Shown piece after piece: positions 18,581 to 29,072 of a DNA stretch of 64,000 nucleotides. A model generated the notes under the pieces. The model worked only from the letters and a program-made list of their open reading frames with translations. It was not told the origin of the DNA and did no database searches. This DNA is from a virus. Each line of letters begins with the position of its first letter. Position 1 is the stretch's first letter. The stretch covers positions 32,001-96,000 of IMG/VR virus record IMGVR_UViG_3300035698_031273; one strand, given 5' to 3'. The translations under genes were made by a program, and so were the position numbers.

Positions 18581-21500
18581 AGCTATAATTGATCCTCAGT
18601 TTGGAACTATAGAGCAGGCTAAACATTTAAGGTTGAGTTTATTTAATCTTCCTAATGATACAGGAATGCGTATCAAAATAGAAGATGCTACCAATTTATG
18701 TGCAGTAAAATTTAATGGGGAAGATAATTTTGATATAAATCCTAATATAAAGAATGTTAATGGAACTATTAATATTACTATTCCTGAAGAATGTGCATAT
18801 AATGTTATTAGTTTGTTCGTGTTTTTATTCAAGAAGGAATCAGATGCTTATAAATTGTTTAGGATAATACCTTTTGTTTATCATGTAAAAAAAGAATTAT
18901 TTAAATCAGAATTTGATGGAAAAATAAATTTATTTCCTTCATTTGTCGAGAAAAGTCAATCTTTTATGATATCTGTGCAGGCTGATCCTAATACTGAATA
19001 TTTTGTATTAATAAATGACAAAGATTTTTTTATTAAGACTAATGAAATTGGTGCTGGTACTACTCATGCCAAAGCAACTGATTTTTTAATTAATAAAGAA
19101 GTTGTTGTTCTTCAGAATTTTCCAATAGGAATATCTAAAAGTAAGAATGAAATTCCGTGTTTTAGTGGGTGTGAACTTTGTGTTTTGCCAAATAATGTAA
19201 AAACACATGTAGATCCTCGTTGTGAAATCTCAGGTTATATATTTACTTTACCTGAAGAATGTAAAGATTCTGAAATACCAGAGGATGTGGTACCTACTCC
19301 TCCTGATCCTAGAGTGGAACCAATAGATATAGAAACGAAACGTACCGACTGTAAGAATAAGATGGTAGATCATACGGGATTAGAATTTTGTAGAATAAAT
19401 AATCATGATGCTACTATTTTAGCAAGTGGACAGTCATTACATGCTGTAATAAGTGTTGATTCTGAAATTGTGGAATCAAGTAATGAAGCATATAATTATC
19501 CGAGAATATTTATATTAGATGACGAGTCTTCATTAGATGTGCAGGTATTATTTAGTGCTAAAGTATCTGTTCCTCCAAAAGCTACTACTGATGACTTGGT
19601 AATATATGTTGACAAAAATACTTATGATATGTGTTCTAGAATCTTTAGTGAAACGGTGTATATTGTTGTGTTTAATGAACAACTTGGTTATCGTTCATTT
19701 GAATTAATTGGCAGAGAAATTCCAGATAATTATGTTCCTTTTTATAGAGTAATTGCTTCTAAGGGAGAATCAACCGTTTCGGTTGATGAATGGATTCTTT
19801 GTGAATATGCTGTGTTTTTCATAAAGGGTGAGTCTTATCCTAATATTGAAGCTTCTTATGTGGAAACACTACCAATTATAAAAGATTCTTCTGCTAATAT
19901 TGTTCCTTCTCTCAGTGTAACAATAGCAAGCAATCGATATCATGTTGGATCTTCATACGAATCTTATGTTTATGTTATTGCTGAGGCTGTTATTTCTAAT
20001 GAAAGTCAACTTTTTTATTATTCTTTTACTGTTGGAGAAACTGGATATTTAAGTAAAAGTTTTGGATGGAAACAAATTACTTATGATGGAAATAATTATA
20101 ATCCTAAGGCAATTGTTGATTCTCGTGGAAGTGTACATGTAACATGGGAAAGCGATAGAACAGGGAATATTCAAGTATATTATGGAGTTCTTGGTCCAGC
20201 TTCTCGCATGTTGGGAAATACAATTTTATCTTCGATATGTGATAAATATGCAGAATTATATAGAAAAGAGGATAAGCCTTTTACATATGTTACCGAGAAT
20301 GTAATTATTGATGCTGGACAAGAATATGGAATATCACCTCAAATTGTTTTCGATAGTTATCCTGTCTTAGATACATTGGAAAGTGGAGTGGTTACAATTA
20401 AGGGTGAAGATTCTTTTTCTGTTTCTGGTAATCCTATTTCAGACACAGCTATGTTTTTCTATGCTTTAGATGATGATTCTGGATTAGATTTAAATAATAA
20501 TATGTTACAAATTAACTATCAAGTTGATTTTAATTTTTCAATGTCTATATCAAGAACTTCTCCAATTGATGAAGATGTAACGTTGTCTGGTTCTATAAAT
20601 CCTTTACAAATAGACGATTTATTTTCTCAATGGAAACAACAATTTACTTTTTCAAGCAATACAGATATTTATAATTTTCCTGTTTATTCTATAGGAAATA
20701 ATACGTTTATAATAGGTAGACAAGATTCTCTTTATGATCGTATTTTTCCAATAGTTGGGGCTTATCGTAATTCAGATATAGATCATGTTGCTGCTGAAAC
20801 TGATATAGCATTATCTTTTGTGCCAATATTAAATGGTGATGATAGCAATGTTAGACACTGGATTATTGGAGTTATGCCAGAAAAAGTTAGATTTGAAGCT
20901 AATAATTTAATTAGAACACAATTGGATTGGTGTAGTGAGAAAGGTGTTATATGTACTCCAGATTGTGGATACGTAGACAACATGAGTGAAATTGTATATA
21001 CAGGAAAAGCAAAATTTGTTTTTGTGTATAATGGAGATGATTCTTTTTATGGTACTCCTGATTATAGGAAAGCAGGAATTGTAAGAGAAATTAATGGGTC
21101 TTTTGATTTAGCAGAAATAAATAATATTCAAATAATTGTTGGGTATGAGAAACTTTATGCAGAAAATTTTTCTGACTTATTTGAAGAAAAAGATTATTCG
21201 TTTGAACAAGAAACTTCTTTTTATATTTGTACTGTTACATTATTTTTTAATAATAATGCTATTTTTTCTGAATCTTTTCCCACTAGTCTTGCCAGCATAG
21301 ATCGGTTTGATTTAGGATTTGGATTGCCCACAGGAGGATATTTAATAACCGATGATTTTTATCCATATGAGTCAAATATTTTTGATGATTTAGAAGAAAC
21401 AAGTTTTAATGTTGAGTTTGACAATATTGTTTTATCTTCTCCTACTTTTTATGTAAATGAGGAGATTGCTATAGTTCCCTTGTCTATTAGAAACATTTTA

Positions 21501-22289
21501 GACCCTGTTGTATCATCAAGTGTTTCGTCTACTCAACTCCAAGAGTTTTTTGAAAGCGAAAATAATTATATTACTATGGGATTTCCGGGAACAATTGATG
21601 AAGATCCAGTTTCTGGTTTAAGCGATTTTGCTATCGGAGCTAGAGATAATTTATTTCTTCAATTGCCAATTACATTAGAAGGTATAAATATGGCATCTTC
21701 TATTGCTGTTGGAGTTGGTGACGAGCCTCATTTATCGTGGCAATCTAATAGAAATAAGAATTGGAATATATATTATAGTAATGCTCTTGATATTAACATT
21801 CCTTTTCGTTTTGATACTAGGATAACTAGTTCAACCAGTAATAGTTTATCCCCATCTGTTTCTGTAAGTAGAAATGGTAAAAGAATGATATGTTGGCATG
21901 ATAACAGAAACGGTGATTATGATATTTATTCAGCATATTCTTCTGACACTTCGAATGCTGGACAAAATAATTGTTCTCTTTATCATGCAATGGATGTAAT
22001 GCAAACACATACTGATTCTTTATGTTCCATTACGTTTTCTTATACGTCCACGAGTACAGCAACTTATAATTTTATTATTTATTTTTATAATGATAGTTAT
22101 CAGACTGATTTGTATAGCACCATTAGCTCTATAAATTTAGTTAATGGCTGGCAAAAAGATGGTATTCCTTTTGACCCCGATGGAACTGAAATTACAAATG
22201 GACAGACTGTAACCATTACTTATGCTCCACAAGTTGATGATGGAATATTTGATCGTATTTTATATTATAAACATGCAGTAGATAGTTAA
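18573..22289 (+). CDS. Large structural protein with W-x-[SD]-x-R propeller blades
   Basis: Likely start is ATG 18573 (8-bp overlap with the GT stop) rather than 18495. Blades VTWESDRTGN, LSWQSNRNKN and ICWHDNRNGD; C-terminal ~90-aa domain shared with 22302 and 31160. Confidence 0.65.
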   Translation: MIKAIIDPQFGTIEQAKHLRLSLFNLPNDTGMRIKIEDATNLCAVKFNGEDNFDINPNIKNVNGTINITIPEECAYNVISLFVFLFKKESDAYKLFRIIPFVYHVKKELFKSEFDGKINLFPSFVEKSQSFMISVQADPNTEYFVLINDKDFFIKTNEIGAGTTHAKATDFLINKEVVVLQNFPIGISKSKNEIPCFSGCELCVLPNNVKTHVDPRCEISGYIFTLPEECKDSEIPEDVVPTPPDPRVEPIDIETKRTDCKNKMVDHTGLEFCRINNHDATILASGQSLHAVISVDSEIVESSNEAYNYPRIFILDDESSLDVQVLFSAKVSVPPKATTDDLVIYVDKNTYDMCSRIFSETVYIVVFNEQLGYRSFELIGREIPDNYVPFYRVIASKGESTVSVDEWILCEYAVFFIKGESYPNIEASYVETLPIIKDSSANIVPSLSVTIASNRYHVGSSYESYVYVIAEAVISNESQLFYYSFTVGETGYLSKSFGWKQITYDGNNYNPKAIVDSRGSVHVTWESDRTGNIQVYYGVLGPASRMLGNTILSSICDKYAELYRKEDKPFTYVTENVIIDAGQEYGISPQIVFDSYPVLDTLESGVVTIKGEDSFSVSGNPISDTAMFFYALDDDSGLDLNNNMLQINYQVDFNFSMSISRTSPIDEDVTLSGSINPLQIDDLFSQWKQQFTFSSNTDIYNFPVYSIGNNTFIIGRQDSLYDRIFPIVGAYRNSDIDHVAAETDIALSFVPILNGDDSNVRHWIIGVMPEKVRFEANNLIRTQLDWCSEKGVICTPDCGYVDNMSEIVYTGKAKFVFVYNGDDSFYGTPDYRKAGIVREINGSFDLAEINNIQIIVGYEKLYAENFSDLFEEKDYSFEQETSFYICTVTLFFNNNAIFSESFPTSLASIDRFDLGFGLPTGGYLITDDFYPYESNIFDDLEETSFNVEFDNIVLSSPTFYVNEEIAIVPLSIRNILDPVVSSSVSSTQLQEFFESENNYITMGFPGTIDEDPVSGLSDFAIGARDNLFLQLPITLEGINMASSIAVGVGDEPHLSWQSNRNKNWNIYYSNALDINIPFRFDTRITSSTSNSLSPSVSVSRNGKRMICWHDNRNGDYDIYSAYSSDTSNAGQNNCSLYHAMDVMQTHTDSLCSITFSYTSTSTATYNFIIYFYNDSYQTDLYSTISSINLVNGWQKDGIPFDPDGTEITNGQTVTITYAPQVDDGIFDRILYYKHAVDS

Positions 22290-22301
22290 TAGGGAGAGAT
22301 A

Positions 22302-25300
22302 ATGCCACTTTTACGAGTATCAAATAAATATAATCATTTACCAAACGAATGTTATATTACAGTAAGTACCAATAATTCTGAGTCTTTTTACACAACTGAT
22401 TGTACTAAGTCTTTTACTCTTGAGGAAAGACCTTTTACTCTACCATTAAATGTTACTATTAAATTTGAAAAAATAGAAGGTGCCGAATTTGAGGAAGTGT
22501 ATGTTGATCGTTCTAGTGCTCAATATGGACTAACAGATTCTACAGTATATAGGGATGGAGAATGGAGACCAGCATATAAGGTAGAAATAATAATGCCAGA
22601 TAATAGTTATAGTTCTTATGATGTAGAAATACGTTATAAAAATAGTTATTATTTAACGGTCAAAAAAGAAGGAACAATATCTGGGCAAATTTATGGAGGA
22701 GAAGAAGAACAAAGACAAAGAATATATTATGATACCCCTATACTTCTTAGTTCATCTAATGATTATTATATCTTGTTGGCCACTAGTAATGATCCTAGAG
22801 ATGAGGTAAAAAGGTGGATTAATACCGAGGAATCAAGTGCAGAAGCTGAGAATCATGTAAATATGGAAGGAGGAGATAAGACTGTATTTGTAGAGTTTAT
22901 TAGACCAGGAACACAAAGTTATACATTAACAACATCTGTCCTACCAGATAATGATATTGGAGGTACTTTATTAACTAATCCACAAGGACCAGATCATATA
23001 GAGGGAACAACAGTATTATTAAATGCATCTCCGGCTCCAGGGGGACCAGGGGAGCCAGGTTGGTTTGTTGAGGAATGGATTGGTACAAATGATGATGATT
23101 TGACCACTTCTAATAATGAAATTACGATGCCCAGTCAGGACACTACTGTAACTGTGAAATTTGGACATGCTCCATTTCATATAGAAGTAGAAGTTTATAC
23201 TGGTGGAATTCTTAATAATACTGGTGGAACTGTTGATATTATATCAGATGAATATACTGCTGGTTCTGTTGTTAATATAACAGCTACTCTTGCTACTGGA
23301 TATAAAGTTCAAAAGTGGGTGGGAACTCAGATTGAAGCAACCTCATCTAATTCTAATTCTATTTTTGTGGATGCAAAGAAGACTGTCCAAGTTTATTTTA
23401 TAGAGACAACAATTATAAATTATACTTTAGAAACTTCTGTTGTAGACAATAATTATGGTTATATTCAACCATCCTCAGGAGACCATGAAAGCGGCATAAC
23501 AGTTACTTTAACTGCTGGTGCAGATGTTGGATATCGTGTTAAAAAATGGACAGGAACAGATAAAGATAACATAGTGGATAAAATAAATTATGTTACTATG
23601 ACTTCTGCTAAAACTGTCGAAGTACAATTTGAAGTAGATCCTGATTATGTTGCTCCTCCAGACACTGACTTGGACCCTGCAGTTCCAGATGAACATGGAT
23701 GGATAATATCTCCTTATACATATGATAACATATTTTTATGTCCTTCTGATGAAATTTTGGGAAATGTAATTAGATTTACTTATTATAATGACACTGGTTC
23801 GGAACAAAATTTAAATTTTCATATAAGATTTTATGCTGATATGGGAAGGGAAATTTTATTATATACCGCTTTTACTGTTTCAAATACAAAAAGATGGTTT
23901 ATAGAAAATGCTCCTCCTATTGTATTTCCTAATGGGGGAATTACTGTGTCTGATGAAGGTACGACTGACATTATGTTTGTCCCAGAAGTTTTACCACATG
24001 AAAAAATAGAAGAACAGAGAAGATATTTAGCAAATACTACTAGTGGAAATACTTATGAATTGCCATTATTATGTGGTGTTAAATATTATGCTGATATAAG
24101 TTATAAGTTTCAGAACAGTAATTATATTTATCCTTTAAAAACAATAGTCTTTAGAACAACTGGCGAAGTTATACAAGGTAATTTTGGTAGGAGAAATGTT
24201 GACGAAAGCACATGGGTCTGTTCTGGGCAAGGTGTTGATGACATGAGAGTTACTAGTTCAATGGGGCAGGCTATATCTCCATCATTAGAATCTAATTTAT
24301 TTGGACATTTTATGGTTGTTTGGGAAGACACGAGGAATGGGCTTCCTAAAATATATGGGGCAACCTATGATTCTGATAGTGAAGTGTTATACTCTAGTGG
24401 TCAAGGATATTTTGATTCAGTAAAACTTGATCAAGGACAACATCCTAAAATTTTAGTTGATCAAGCACAAAATTTTTATATATCTTCTATTGATCGGGAT
24501 CAGATATATGTAAATAAGTGTTCTTTGCCGGTTAGAGGTATTCAGGAACCTCCTGTTATTTATGATTCTGAACAATTGTGTTTTCCTGGATCTGGTACTT
24601 TTTTAGATATAGGAGATGACATTAGAATAAGAATTTATCAGGAAGATAATAAGGGCAGTCTTGTCATTAGTGAATCGGAAGTCTTAACTGTGGTAACGAG
24701 TACTTATGTTCGTTTTGATGTAACTGGAGTAGCTGGTTCATATGCTGTTAGATTAAGATCATCTTCAGATAAAAATTGGAGTGATTGGATCAATATAGGA
24801 GTTGGTATTTATACTGGAGTGAATGAACAGGGACAACCTAAACCCAAGACAGAAGCTGACTTTTCTTATGATGCTTATTTTATTGGAAATAATAGATTTG
24901 TAGTTCCATGGGACATAAGTCGTGCAAATGGAATACGTAGAGTTTGTGGGCAAATTCTTACTGTATATGGAATTACTAAAACATTTTGTATTGAATTCCT
25001 TTCTAATTTTGATGAGTTAGATTATTCAGTTGAATTTTATAAAGATAGCGATTTTAGTAATAAGTTTTCTTTTTATAATGGAATGTTTGTGCTTAGTGCT
25101 GTTACTAGTAATATTGTATATGTAAAAATAAAATTTAACACGAATGAAGACATGGGAAGTTTAACATTTAATATAGTACAGCAAGGAATTAATGATAGAT
25201 TTGGAGAGCATAACGGGCTTATATTGACCAAATCTCTTACGGAAGAAGGAGTATATACCGGAAGTTTTGAAATAGAAAAAAGTGATGGAGTTTTTAATAA

Positions 25301-25607
25301 AGATGGAAAAGGTATTCTGACAGTTAATATTCCTGGTTTTCCTACCAACTTAGAAGCTACATATTGTAAAGATGACATTTTTTCTTCTGACGGAAATTAT
25401 TTAGATTATTATAATGTAAATGGCACTTTTGTCAACCATGAAACATTAAGAAAAGCTAATGATGTTAGTGCTGAGGAAGTTTTTTCAGCATATCGTACAG
25501 CCCAATTTAATCGTGTTATTGATACAAATAGTCTAAAGAGATTATATGACAGTGATGATCCTCAGTATTTATTTGGTGATACTTCTTTTTACAAAGATAG
25601 AGAATAG
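22302..25607 (+). CDS. Structural/adhesin protein with divergent InlB B-type repeats
   Basis: 1101 aa. Repeats of 'YTL.TSV....G......G..V.L.A....GY.V..W.GT.......TM....TV.V.F'; VVWEDTRNG blade; Ig-like C-terminal domains. Confidence 0.65.
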   Translation: MPLLRVSNKYNHLPNECYITVSTNNSESFYTTDCTKSFTLEERPFTLPLNVTIKFEKIEGAEFEEVYVDRSSAQYGLTDSTVYRDGEWRPAYKVEIIMPDNSYSSYDVEIRYKNSYYLTVKKEGTISGQIYGGEEEQRQRIYYDTPILLSSSNDYYILLATSNDPRDEVKRWINTEESSAEAENHVNMEGGDKTVFVEFIRPGTQSYTLTTSVLPDNDIGGTLLTNPQGPDHIEGTTVLLNASPAPGGPGEPGWFVEEWIGTNDDDLTTSNNEITMPSQDTTVTVKFGHAPFHIEVEVYTGGILNNTGGTVDIISDEYTAGSVVNITATLATGYKVQKWVGTQIEATSSNSNSIFVDAKKTVQVYFIETTIINYTLETSVVDNNYGYIQPSSGDHESGITVTLTAGADVGYRVKKWTGTDKDNIVDKINYVTMTSAKTVEVQFEVDPDYVAPPDTDLDPAVPDEHGWIISPYTYDNIFLCPSDEILGNVIRFTYYNDTGSEQNLNFHIRFYADMGREILLYTAFTVSNTKRWFIENAPPIVFPNGGITVSDEGTTDIMFVPEVLPHEKIEEQRRYLANTTSGNTYELPLLCGVKYYADISYKFQNSNYIYPLKTIVFRTTGEVIQGNFGRRNVDESTWVCSGQGVDDMRVTSSMGQAISPSLESNLFGHFMVVWEDTRNGLPKIYGATYDSDSEVLYSSGQGYFDSVKLDQGQHPKILVDQAQNFYISSIDRDQIYVNKCSLPVRGIQEPPVIYDSEQLCFPGSGTFLDIGDDIRIRIYQEDNKGSLVISESEVLTVVTSTYVRFDVTGVAGSYAVRLRSSSDKNWSDWINIGVGIYTGVNEQGQPKPKTEADFSYDAYFIGNNRFVVPWDISRANGIRRVCGQILTVYGITKTFCIEFLSNFDELDYSVEFYKDSDFSNKFSFYNGMFVLSAVTSNIVYVKIKFNTNEDMGSLTFNIVQQGINDRFGEHNGLILTKSLTEEGVYTGSFEIEKSDGVFNKDGKGILTVNIPGFPTNLEATYCKDDIFSSDGNYLDYYNVNGTFVNHETLRKANDVSAEEVFSAYRTAQFNRVIDTNSLKRLYDSDDPQYLFGDTSFYKDRE

Positions 25608-25612
25608 TTAAA

Positions 25613-27073
25613 ATGGCAGTTCTTGATAGTCCAACTTTAATATATCCTAACGGGGGAGAAGATATATGGTTTAGGGAAATAACCATTACATGGGAAGAGC
25701 CAGATTACGATACTTCTAATTATAATTGGTATGAAATATTCTTTACGGATAATTATACTGTTAGTGGCAGTCCAGATTGGATGCAAATAGCATCTCTTCC
25801 TGTTTCTGTAACGTCTTTTCAATGGTATATGCCGGTATTTGTTAAGGGAATACAATGTAGGTTTGCAATAAGATTAAGAAATGAAAAAGGAGAAAGAAGT
25901 GAAAGAATTATTTCTGCAGGCAATATTACAATTAAAAGTAGTCCTTTAGAAAGTCCTTCTGTTTTTAGTCCTGCTCCTCAAGGCAATTATTTTGCATATG
26001 TTCCTATTATTTTTAATCAAGAAAATGTGATAGGTAAAATTTCTCAACGTGCATTTTATCGAGGATACTATAGTTCAGAAACCCACGATATTGATTGGAC
26101 AGTTATTCCAAAAATATTTTATGTTGGTTCTCCCACATATTATTGGAGTGTAGAAAATCTTTCGTCTTCTAATGATTATTCTTTTAAGTTTGAGTTGGTT
26201 GAAGGAGATAGTATTTCCAAACCTGTTTTTATAAACAATGTAAATATAAATGTTTTGAATTATTTTACAATAGATACCATTCCTCCAAAAGGAACAGTTA
26301 CAATAACAAATAATCAACAATATACCAATAATAGAGATGTTATACTTGATGTTAAATCTTTCGACGAAACCACTTCTGTGAAAAGTGTAACTATACAGCA
26401 GGCGGTAATATCTTCTGATGGATTTCAAATTGAATCTGTCGGTATAGCACAGAATTTAGGTAATGTAATTACTTGGCAAATTTCAGGAGAAGAAGATGGG
26501 GTCAAATATTTACAGGCTAAATTGAAGGACTATGGAGATAATGTGGAAATCAATTCCTATAGTGATGAAAAGAAATATTTTCGAGTATATAATAGTATTG
26601 CTGATAGTACAGTATCTTCAATAATGGTAAATGGAAGTGATATTTGGTCAGCTTTTGCAGGTGATGGTTATCAAGTTTATAAGAACAGGGAGTTTGTTGT
26701 TGCTCCGTCGTATGAAGTAACATCTATGCATTTTTATAGTAATGTTCCTTATTTTTGTTTGAAAACATCTTCAAATACTGGTATTTTTCAGCGTTATATA
26801 AACGAGACATTATATACTTTGATGACATTTACAGATATAGATAGTATTATAAATTCTTCAACTGTGTTTAATAGTCTTCTTATTTTAGGAATGGAAAATG
26901 GAAATCTTTATTCTTTCAACGGAACGACGTTAAGTTTGCTTACATCCTACAACAATAGTATTACTGGTGTTTTTACAGATAATAACCTTTTATATATTAC
27001 TCTTGATAAAAGTTCTATTATGGGAGTTTATGATGGTTACAGTTTTTCAACCGTTTCTTCTCTTTGGAGCTGA
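25613..27073 (+). CDS. Ig/Fn3-like domain structural protein with propeller-like C-terminus
   Basis: 486 aa. PTLIYPNGGE...ITITW domain and DTIPPKGTVTI...KYLQAKLKDYGDN Ig-like domain. Confidence 0.6.
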   Translation: MAVLDSPTLIYPNGGEDIWFREITITWEEPDYDTSNYNWYEIFFTDNYTVSGSPDWMQIASLPVSVTSFQWYMPVFVKGIQCRFAIRLRNEKGERSERIISAGNITIKSSPLESPSVFSPAPQGNYFAYVPIIFNQENVIGKISQRAFYRGYYSSETHDIDWTVIPKIFYVGSPTYYWSVENLSSSNDYSFKFELVEGDSISKPVFINNVNINVLNYFTIDTIPPKGTVTITNNQQYTNNRDVILDVKSFDETTSVKSVTIQQAVISSDGFQIESVGIAQNLGNVITWQISGEEDGVKYLQAKLKDYGDNVEINSYSDEKKYFRVYNSIADSTVSSIMVNGSDIWSAFAGDGYQVYKNREFVVAPSYEVTSMHFYSNVPYFCLKTSSNTGIFQRYINETLYTLMTFTDIDSIINSSTVFNSLLILGMENGNLYSFNGTTLSLLTSYNNSITGVFTDNNLLYITLDKSSIMGVYDGYSFSTVSSLWS

Positions 27074-27075
27074 TC

Positions 27076-28053
27076 ATGGGGAATAATGCGGAAATTAAAT
27101 ATTATCTAACTAGCTTGCAAAATAGCATTGCTCAGAATAATTTATCGCAATCTATTGGAGGGTATATAAGTACATCTCTTTTATACCCAGAAACAACAAT
27201 AACTTCTACTGTTAGTTTTTTTGATACAACATTGGAGATATCTGATTTTACTCAGGTTCCGAATCAGGTATATTTATTTTCAGGATATGAGCTTATTGAG
27301 GTAGATGCAATTACTTCAAATACTGTTGTAATTCAAGAAAGAAGTGTAAATGGTATTAGAGATACACATATTTCTGGAGATATAGTAAAAGGAGTTTCAT
27401 CAAGACTGTTGTTTGATAATTTTTTTAATGAAGAAAATAAGCAATATCGTTGTTTTGCCATAAAAAACGATAGTGCAACAGTTACTTTTTTTGATGTTTC
27501 AGTTAAGTTGTCTTTAAATAGTCAGAATAATTATAGTTCATATAATGTAGCTGTTGAAATTCCTAGCAATGATTATGTAAGTTCTGCATCTACGTCCGAG
27601 GGGACAGACTCTACATTAATTGACAACACTCTTATTTCTTATAGCTTAAATCAATTTAATGATGCTGTTATCAATATCCTTTCAGGTAGTAATCTAGGTC
27701 AAACAAGAATTATTTCTTCTTTTGATAATATTACGGGAACGATTACTGTAAGTAGTTCTTTTCCTCATGATAATGTAACGGGAATAAATTATGAAATTGA
27801 ACCTGGTCCGGCTCAAAGAACTAAATCAGGTGAGATATCTCCAGATATCTCTTTGTCTACATTTTCTGGCTTTAAGAGTGTTAATGTAGGAATTCCAATT
27901 GATGTAAATGGTTTGAGAGACAATGGTAGTAATCTAGAACCTAATGATGTAATTTATGTTTGGGTAGAACGTAGTATGTTGATTAATGGTTTGGCTTATG
28001 ATAATAATACTTTTGTTCTGGATGTTGATTATTCAGATATTGGAGGGTCATAA
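27076..28053 (+). CDS. Putative tail/baseplate structural protein
   Basis: Likely start is ATG 27076 (GGAG 6 nt upstream). SIGGYIST...LFD...YRCFAIKN scaffold with two small inserted beta-domains. Confidence 0.6.
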   Translation: MGNNAEIKYYLTSLQNSIAQNNLSQSIGGYISTSLLYPETTITSTVSFFDTTLEISDFTQVPNQVYLFSGYELIEVDAITSNTVVIQERSVNGIRDTHISGDIVKGVSSRLLFDNFFNEENKQYRCFAIKNDSATVTFFDVSVKLSLNSQNNYSSYNVAVEIPSNDYVSSASTSEGTDSTLIDNTLISYSLNQFNDAVINILSGSNLGQTRIISSFDNITGTITVSSSFPHDNVTGINYEIEPGPAQRTKSGEISPDISLSTFSGFKSVNVGIPIDVNGLRDNGSNLEPNDVIYVWVERSMLINGLAYDNNTFVLDVDYSDIGGS

Positions 28054-28055
28054 TT

Positions 28056-29063
28056 TTGGATTTAAGATCTTCTGTTAAAATGTTCTTACAATTTGAAACT
28101 TCAGATGTTTTAATAGATTCGGTATCTAGTAATCATTTAGATGTGGTTGGGACTTCAGGTGTGAGTACGATTTCTGGTGATCTTGGTTATGTCATGCAAC
28201 AAGATCAGTATCTTTTTATGAATAATTCTAGATTTTCGGTTGACCAAGAAATGATGATAGGGTTTTGGCTTTATCCTGTTAATCCTGGGATGGTAGTTGA
28301 AACCCCACCTACCATTGAACCCTTAAGAATTTCTCTTATGGATTACGGGAATGATAATCCTTCTTTAAATCCTACTATTCTTGGGGATAAGTTATTTGTA
28401 CTTTATGAAGAGACTAATACTAACGGTACGAATGTTTTGAATTTACATATGAACAATAGCGGATATACCGCAAAAACAGAATCATATACAGCAGGAGTTT
28501 GGCATCATTTTCTTATTGCTTATGATGGCAAAGAATCATCAATAAGAATAATTGTAGATGGCAGAAACAGTAATATAACTGATGGAGGCAATGTTCCTAT
28601 TCACTTATATTCTACTGTTGCTGATTTTTATCTTAATAGAAAAATAATTGAAGGAAGTTATGATGTTGCTAATAATCAGGGGTATATAGGTGATATTTTT
28701 GTTATGAACGAAGTATTATCATCTACTAATGATTTGGAAATATTTGTTAGAAAAATAGTAAACAAATCAACCGAATGGACTTTAGATGAGGAAAATTGGT
28801 TTACAGAATATTTTAATCAGGGGTTTTATATCCCTCAGGACCCAACTACAATAAGTGCCACATCATTTATTAATGATATGAAAGATTTGTACATTTCTAA
28901 TACTAAGGGGCAGATTAATAGAGGGTCTCCTTTGTTTTGGGAAGTAAGAAGATCTTTTTCTCAATCTTCTGAAATAAATTTGCTTAATAAAAATGTTCGG
29001 GGTAGTCAGGTGAGTTCTAGTAACGGGTATCTAGAAATAGGTGGGTCAGTTGTTCGTTTTTAG
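28056..29063 (+). CDS. LamG/ConA-like jelly-roll domain protein
   Basis: TTG start; IGFWLYP, GVWHHFLIAYDG, IIVDG and GYIGDIFV motifs. Confidence 0.75.
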   Translation: MDLRSSVKMFLQFETSDVLIDSVSSNHLDVVGTSGVSTISGDLGYVMQQDQYLFMNNSRFSVDQEMMIGFWLYPVNPGMVVETPPTIEPLRISLMDYGNDNPSLNPTILGDKLFVLYEETNTNGTNVLNLHMNNSGYTAKTESYTAGVWHHFLIAYDGKESSIRIIVDGRNSNITDGGNVPIHLYSTVADFYLNRKIIEGSYDVANNQGYIGDIFVMNEVLSSTNDLEIFVRKIVNKSTEWTLDEENWFTEYFNQGFYIPQDPTTISATSFINDMKDLYISNTKGQINRGSPLFWEVRRSFSQSSEINLLNKNVRGSQVSSSNGYLEIGGSVVRF

Positions 29064-29072
29064 GAAATACAA

